Assembly (NCBI GenBank): GCA_965223295.1
Contig: CBDCWC010000003.1
Coordinates: forward strand, 1,632,001 to 1,696,000
Length of the DNA: 64,000 bases
Source of the DNA: Nitrospirales bacterium
Lineage (GTDB): Bacteria; Nitrospirota; Nitrospiria; Nitrospirales; UBA8639
Direction of reading: 5' to 3'
Shown: in pieces, positions 59,529 through 64,000 of the stretch
How positions within the stretch are numbered: position 1 is the stretch's first letter
How the letters are laid out: every line of letters begins with the position of its first letter
Notes under the pieces: generated by a model
What the model was told of the DNA's origin: nothing
The model's input: the letters and a program-made list of their open reading frames with translations, nothing else
Databases searched by the model: none
Translations under genes and position numbers: made by a program

Positions 59529-59825
59529 ATGAAGCGATTACGTAGGTATCACAGTCCAGAATTTAAGTACGAAGCGGTGGCGTTAGTTGTAGAGCATGGG
59601 TACAGTTATGCGGCCGCCGGCCGTAGTTTAGACGTAAGTGGGGGTATGATTAGGCGGTGGAAGGATGAACTGGATACTCATAAAGCGGAAGCCTTTCCTG
59701 GCCAAGGGAAACGCACCGCTGAGCAACAGCGGATCTATGAGCTCGAAGTTGAGAACCGGCGCCTTCGGATGGAGCGAGACATCTTAAAAAAAGCCACGGC
59801 CTTCTTTGCCAAGGAACCCACATGA
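59529..59825 (+). CDS. IS3 transposase OrfA
   Basis: HTH (EFKYEAV...AAGRSL) and leucine zipper ENRRLRMERDILKKA. Confidence 0.93.
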   Translation: MKRLRRYHSPEFKYEAVALVVEHGYSYAAAGRSLDVSGGMIRRWKDELDTHKAEAFPGQGKRTAEQQRIYELEVENRRLRMERDILKKATAFFAKEPT

Positions 59826-60676
59826 GGTATCGATTCATCGAGAAACAGAAGAAGGCCTGGCCTGTCACCCTCATGTGTGGGGTTCTGAACGTCTCTCGCA
59901 GTGGCTATTATGACTGGGCCGCACGTGGCCAGAGTCCGCCGGAGCACTCGAATCATCAACTTGATCGACGGATACGCGAAATCTTTACTGAGCACCGCCA
60001 ACGGTATGGCGCGCCACGGATCACGAAGACTTTACACCATGAGGGCCGCAAGTGTAGCGAGCATCGCGTGGCCCGACGAATGCAGGCTCTGGGACTCAAA
60101 GCGATTCAGGCGAAGAAATTTAAAGCCACAACCAACTCGAAACACTCCAACCCAGTCGCCCCCGATCTGCTGGAACAGGACTTTCGGGCTGAGGCCCCAA
60201 ATCAGAAGTGGACCAGTGACATCACCTATGTGTGGACGCACGAGGGTTGGCTCTATCTCGCGGTCGTGATGGATTTGTATTCACGAGCGATTGTAGGGTG
60301 GTCGATGAACCAACGCATGACGCAACAACTGGTATGTGATGCCCTAAGCATGGCGTTGTTCCGTCGTGGCTTTCCCAAAGGCACCATCCTCCACTCTGAT
60401 CGTGGAAGCCAGTATTGCTCAACACGCTATCAACAATTGATTGCAAACAGTCAGTTGCGTTGTAGCATGGGACGACGAGCGACTTGTTATGATAACGCCG
60501 TCACAGAGAGTTTCTTCCATACACTGAAAGTCGAACTGATTCATCGAGTGCCGTACCCGACGCGACAGACGGCGAAGATCAGTATTTTTGAGTATATTGA
60601 AACGTATTACAATCGCCGGAGAAGGCATTCGGCTATTGGACAGCAGATCCCGATTGTATTTGAACGGGTAGCTTAA
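59822..60676 (+). CDS. IS3 transposase OrfB (DDE)
   Basis: WTSDITY, HSDRGSQY, DNAVTESFFHTLK, YYNRRRRHS. Confidence 0.95.
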   Translation: MRYRFIEKQKKAWPVTLMCGVLNVSRSGYYDWAARGQSPPEHSNHQLDRRIREIFTEHRQRYGAPRITKTLHHEGRKCSEHRVARRMQALGLKAIQAKKFKATTNSKHSNPVAPDLLEQDFRAEAPNQKWTSDITYVWTHEGWLYLAVVMDLYSRAIVGWSMNQRMTQQLVCDALSMALFRRGFPKGTILHSDRGSQYCSTRYQQLIANSQLRCSMGRRATCYDNAVTESFFHTLKVELIHRVPYPTRQTAKISIFEYIETYYNRRRRHSAIGQQIPIVFERVA

Positions 60677-60750
60677 CGCTGTGTCCGATGTTATAGGGGA
60701 AGATCATCTCACAGCCTGGGCCGAATTCGGACACTGGAGAAGAGTCACGT

Positions 60751-61432
60751 TCAGACTACGGCCCGCATACATTCCTCACTATCATTCTTCGGATTATTCA
60801 CGATCGTACTTACAGGATAGGCTTCCATGTCCTCCGCTGTATAAGGCTGGAGTAAGCCTCTCAGGGAGCCCCCCTCATTCAGTCTTGGATCTAACCAACG
60901 AACATAAGCCGATTCTGGAAGAATCACAGGCATGCGATGGTGAATCGGTTCCATCAGACTATTGGCGTGGATGGTAATCAGGCTACATGATTCAATGATT
61001 TGCTCTTCTTTCTCCCATCGTTCTATGTTATTGGGACCACAGTCCCGCGAACGCAAATGGTCGATGGTCTTTCAGGTGAATGTAATATGGCTGCTTCATC
61101 TTGCCTTCTCGCTTCCATTCATAATATCCATCTGCAAGGACCAGACAGCGTTGCTGTTTGAACGCCTGACGGAACGAAGGTTTCTCGGCAACCGTCTCCC
61201 CTCGAGCATTGATGAGCTTGTGTCCAATACTCGGGTCTTTGGCCCAAGACGGCACCAGCCCCCATTTTAGGTCACAGCATTCGAGTTGTTGGGTGTCGGG
61301 ATTGGTCCGAATACATGCCACAAGCTGGGAAGGGGCAATGTTATATCGAGGAGTCCAATGCGACGGGGTGGTCAGCGTCAAGTCATGAGCAATCTGTGCA
61401 AATTTATCGGTTCTCTTATACCGGCCACACAT
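60751..61432 (-). pseudogene. SOS response-associated peptidase (SRAP/YedK), disrupted
   Basis: MCGRY, PRYNIAP, WGLVP, INARGET, DGYYEW in the 5' part; HHRMPVIL and VNNPKN in the 3' part; frame broken at 61024-61036. Confidence 0.9.
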
Positions 61433-61935
61433 TCTGGTACCCTACACAATCCGCATGGAGAAAGGTAGATGGGTACCTCAATTACCCCTGCAGTTGGCCT
61501 CTTCCGATTGATCCTTGAGGGCCCAGACCTTGTCTAGTTGCGTCGGCAATTGTGGCGAGTGAGGCCAGGAGGGCCGAACGAGCCCTATACCCCCCTTCTT
61601 TCCCAGGACAGATTCAGGCCGTTTGCGTCAGAAACCTTCAACATTTGAGAATGAGTTTTTTCATGCCCCCAGAGAAGCGGTCCTTACGTAGGGAGGAGCG
61701 TCCAATTTTTTAACCCACCCCCCTGCAAAGTATTCTGACCCCCACCCCCTCACATTTCCTACGTACAACAGGAGCATGTAGCCAGTGTCAGATAGGTGTC
61801 AGAAAGAGGTCGCAAGGCAGGAGAACAGAGGTAAAAAGAAACCAAGAGAAGAAAAAGCCTGAAGCAGTGTTTAGGCAGGAAGGGCAAGGGGATTGCCAGC
61901 CTTATCAAAGACTTGAGCAACCCCCTGCCGATTGA

Positions 61936-62030
61936 TTCGTAAACCGTAGGTCGGTGGTTCAATCCCACTCGCCGGCTCCATTAAATCAATGGTTTACGAT
62001 TTTTGAAGACGCTGAAGAAACGGTAGGTGT
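61936..62030 (+). repeat. attR direct repeat (3' 45 nt of tRNA-Thr plus 50 nt)
   Basis: Identical to 52330-52424. Confidence 0.95.
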
Positions 62031-62063
62031 TATTAATTTTGTATTAATTAACTAGCATTTGCC

Positions 62064-63290
62064 CTATTGCGGAGCATGGCGACTTGCTTGCGTCACAGTA
62101 AGATCATTTAATACTAGAGGGATGGCATCAAATCCTGGCATTTCCGTTGAAACATCTAACCTGACACCGTTTCCAGCCAAGAAGACGTTTGACACATCAG
62201 GTCCAAAAACTACTCCGAACACATCACCCTGAGTCCCTGCTTCGGGAGATTTAAAAACATTCCCTTCAAGAATGACATCATTAACTTTCTCTAGATAAAT
62301 ACCATTCTGCCCTGTCCTTCCCATGCCCGTAAAATAACTGTCTCGAATCGTAACGCTTTGAGTCAAACTGGTTGACGGCGAAGCAGCTAGTCCCACGATT
62401 TTTATATGTTCAGCTTGATTGTCTTCCGCACGGTTACTGGCATATGTTAACCCCTGAATAGCTTTTGATAAGACCAGTAATGCATGAATGCTAGCATCCA
62501 ATCGCGAATTGGCCACAGTAAAGCCACTAATGCTTTGAATTCCTAAGGAAACGCAGGCGAACGTACCTGTGCAGTCCAAACCATCAATCGTAGTAATTGT
62601 AGAATTGACCTCGACTCCGTGAGATTTCAAAGAATTGCCACGAAGGCGGAGGTCCCGAAGTGTTGTGGAATGAGCGGTTTCAGCAGTGGAAATAGTAGGG
62701 CCATGGCCCACTTTGATCAACGGACCCTCTGCCAGGTGGTAGTTATTCTGGACAAATAGTCTAGAGAGTACCGTCTTCTGACCAGCAGCAATCAAATCTA
62801 CAGCGGTAGAATCAGTATTGTTAAGATCAAAAGAAACATCTGTGATATACACGTATTGATATATAGATAACACGCCGTCTTCTGCCCGCATATCAGCCGA
62901 AAAGACGCTCATATTGGTTGTTGGCTTCAACACGGTTCCAAGTCCCTGCCCAACGATTTTTAAGCTTCCTTCTCGACGGTTGGGTTTATACCGTTGTGGA
63001 GCAGAAATATTGTATATGGCATGACCAAGAATTAGCGTGACATTCTTGTTTGTGCCCTCAAAAATGTTCCTGTCGATGACCTGAGTACCACTTAACCCTC
63101 TCGCGTCACATGTGCCCCCAGTCTCTGGAAGGGCCGCAAAGCATTTGACAATTTTTACTCCAGCATTAGGGCCTCGATAACGATGGACTTGTTTGATACC
63201 CAGGGGTTCTGCAGCCAAACTAGTAGAAATCCCAGTTGCAAGCCATATCGACAAAGTACCAACAATCAACAAATTCGTGCATTTGGTCAT
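62064..63290 (-). CDS. secreted right-handed beta-helix (pectin lyase-like) protein
   Basis: Signal peptide; IVGQGLGTVL; repeated I/V-x-x-N/S rungs (VTIRDSYF, GIYL, VILEGNVF). Confidence 0.7.
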   Translation of the reverse strand: MTKCTNLLIVGTLSIWLATGISTSLAAEPLGIKQVHRYRGPNAGVKIVKCFAALPETGGTCDARGLSGTQVIDRNIFEGTNKNVTLILGHAIYNISAPQRYKPNRREGSLKIVGQGLGTVLKPTTNMSVFSADMRAEDGVLSIYQYVYITDVSFDLNNTDSTAVDLIAAGQKTVLSRLFVQNNYHLAEGPLIKVGHGPTISTAETAHSTTLRDLRLRGNSLKSHGVEVNSTITTIDGLDCTGTFACVSLGIQSISGFTVANSRLDASIHALLVLSKAIQGLTYASNRAEDNQAEHIKIVGLAASPSTSLTQSVTIRDSYFTGMGRTGQNGIYLEKVNDVILEGNVFKSPEAGTQGDVFGVVFGPDVSNVFLAGNGVRLDVSTEMPGFDAIPLVLNDLTVTQASRHAPQ

Positions 63291-64000
63291 TGTGAAAATT
63301 GCCCTTTCCTAAAAATTAGTGGTGCAGTTAGGAAGATATTCGAGAAGGACATATCTTGTTGTTCTTAAATGTCATGAAGGTTTGCGAGAAAAACAATCAA
63401 CCCTTGATTCGCCTTGACTCAACCCAGAAATCATAAGGTACATAGATTAGCCTAAACGATATCAATTTTTACCTTCAGAAGTGGCATGATCTTTTGGTTT
63501 TTTTCTCATCGCAGCCCCATAAATCTGTTCCCATAAATACACAATATAAAAGCACAAAGATCGAATTAGATCAACATACTTCAGACCCATAAACGCGATG
63601 GGTCATCTTGTTGGAACGAAATGAAGAATTGAAAACGGAGGGGAATTGACTGTTTGAGGTTGTGATCCGTCACTCGTCTGGGGCGATACACTCAGCACTT
63701 TCATTGCCAGATTTTCCTACATGAACTCTAGCTTTTATTCTCATCACCGCTCTACCATCTTGTTCCATTGAGTATCGCAACTAAAGCACAGGCAATGAAT
63801 AACTTCAAGCCTTTAGAAGCGTGCCAACTAATTGAGAAAGGACCACAATAGTTCAGCCTGTTGTCAGGCGAGAAAGAACATGACTTCAGAGTGGACGACT
63901 CCTATCAGTGAACGAAGGCTGCTCTAGCCTTCTGGGAATGGATTAAGTAGCAAGGGTGCTCAGATACGGTAGCGGGCAGTCTTCGAATTGCCGAGCAGCC

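Larger units (their letters stand above)
59463..60706 (+). mobile_element. complete IS3-family insertion sequence (1244 bp)
   Basis: TG...CA ends; 26-bp imperfect IRs TGATCTTCCC...ATCGGACAC (22/26 match); orfA/orfB; A7G slippery site at 59786-59793. Confidence 0.95.

Noticed and set aside
61936-61980. Second tRNA-Thr gene
   Set aside because: Only the 3' 45 nt are present; this is the attR fragment.
63400-64000. Possible gene remnant at the window end
   Set aside because: No ORF of 60 aa or more and no recognisable motif.

Overview
Bacterial chromosomal window, most likely from a Nitrospirota/Nitrospirales nitrite oxidiser. This is inferred from the bd-like oxidase/bc-complex gene cluster and the GTTGAAAAA-ended repeats, not from a database search. 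Left part (1-20.6 kb): a decayed patch with NSS and MFS transporter pseudogene remnants and MITEs, then acyltransferase, NSS transporter, tandem-domain thyX, TPR proteins, OmpA, serC-serA-hisZ-dnaB, a type IV pilin and a UDP-sugar dehydrogenase. Centre (20.8-38.3 kb): a large hopanoid cluster containing shc, hpnG, mlaE/F/D/C-like genes, a POTRA-less Omp85 barrel, a TatT/BstC-like TPR protein, hpnN, the C-2 methylase hpnP, dxs, ispG, tRNA-Cys and hpnH. Next (39-50.5 kb): an 11-gene respiratory cluster with two cytochrome bd-like subunits, Rieske, cytochrome b, five c-type cytochromes and an EB_dh-type heme protein, followed by a convergent ubiA. Right part (52.3-62 kb): a ~9.7 kb integrative element in tRNA-Thr(CGT) bounded by a 95-bp direct repeat. 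It carries an integrase, an excisionase, an MCM-like ATPase, a truncated Mrr-like nuclease, an HDOD protein, IS3 elements and a disrupted SRAP gene. Most notable: hpnP in this lineage, an apparently non-canonical hopanoid export machine, and a MITE family with clear target-site duplications and RPE-like cores.
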